In this document: positions 37,070 to 37,319 of the stretch, in pieces
Layout of the letters: each line of letters opens with the position of its first letter
Position numbering within the stretch: the first letter of the stretch is position 1
Origin: Archaeoglobaceae archaeon
GTDB lineage: Archaea; Halobacteriota; Archaeoglobi; Archaeoglobales; Archaeoglobaceae
Direction of reading: 5' to 3'
Assembly (NCBI GenBank): GCA_021163065.1
Contig: JAGGXN010000075.1
Location: forward strand, 1 to 37,319
Length of the DNA stretch: 37,319 nt
Translations under genes and position numbers: made by a program
The notes under the pieces: model-generated
Database searches by the model: none
Told to the model about the DNA's origin: nothing
Seen by the model: only the letters and a program-made list of their open reading frames with translations

Positions 37070-37319
37070 TCAGAATAAACTTCCCGTTTTTGTAAGTATT
37101 TTATTCATCCTGTCAACACTTTCCCTCAGGTTTGATATCTCCTTCAGAATTTTTGCAAGGTATCTCTCAAACATTTCGGCATCAGCTCCCTTTTTTCTTG
37201 AGATGGATGCGGGATTTTCCAGATCTTCACCCAGATTAAAAAGTCTGAAGTAGTATGTCGCCTTAACAACAAGCCCAATTCTCTTCAAACTTTTGAGAAC
37301 CCTGCTCAGGGTCTTGTTC
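37070..37319 (-). CDS. Partial CDS (5' end outside the window): winged-helix-like DNA-binding protein with a helical C-terminal tail
   Basis: The frame is open to the window edge: NKTLSRVLKSLKRIGLVVKATYYFRLFNLGEDL... (recognition helix and wing), then EMFERYLAKILKEISNLRESVDRMNKIL. The TTG start used by the track is probably not the real start. Confidence 0.45.
   Translation of the reverse strand, partial: NKTLSRVLKSLKRIGLVVKATYYFRLFNLGEDLENPASISRKKGADAEMFERYLAKILKEISNLRESVDRMNKILTKTGSLF

Overview
This window is a chromosomal segment from an AT-rich archaeon, apparently a thermophile. By eye it is roughly 35-40% GC, the proteins are rich in K, E and I, and every stem of the single tRNA is G-C paired. 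Gene content points to a euryarchaeon using H4MPT/F420 C1 chemistry (fused Fae-Hps, Mer), either Archaeoglobi-like or related to methanogens. I cannot name the organism from the sequence alone. About 45 tightly packed genes are present, mostly housekeeping. They include Fae-Hps, TpiA, a four-subunit 2-oxoacid:ferredoxin oxidoreductase (porGDAB order), HisS, two-subunit class I fumarase, a family II pyrophosphatase, Map, an M24 peptidase, an M20 deacylase, RimI, FdhD, ArgD, two radical SAM enzymes, Mer, geranylgeranyl reductase with its ferredoxin, MCM, PurF, L37e, LSm, a PUA protein and tRNA-Ile(GAU). No CRISPR array, transposase, integrase or rRNA is visible. The most interesting locus is 23.4-29.7 kb. 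An HTH-V4R (CorQ-like) regulator precedes cooF-cooS, which is followed by a NuoE/NuoF/HoxU-like flavin and iron-sulfur module of HydBC (bifurcating-type) architecture, with no hydrogenase or formate dehydrogenase partner. This suggests an uncharacterised NAD(P)-linked or electron-bifurcating CO dehydrogenase. Two frame disruptions near gene 5' ends can be read directly. The conserved N-terminus of porG lies out of frame with the body of the gene. The CorQ-like gene has no in-frame canonical start upstream of the TTG at 23483, so the N-terminal part of its HTH has no canonical start. Other observations: a four-gene minus-strand cluster (zinc ribbon, TPR membrane protein, Cx4Cx2C radical SAM, AmmeMemoRadiSam-type radical SAM) containing a perfect 24-nt palindrome; a 250-bp ORF-free region with coding-like composition after the tRNA; and several palindromic or repeated intergenic motifs.
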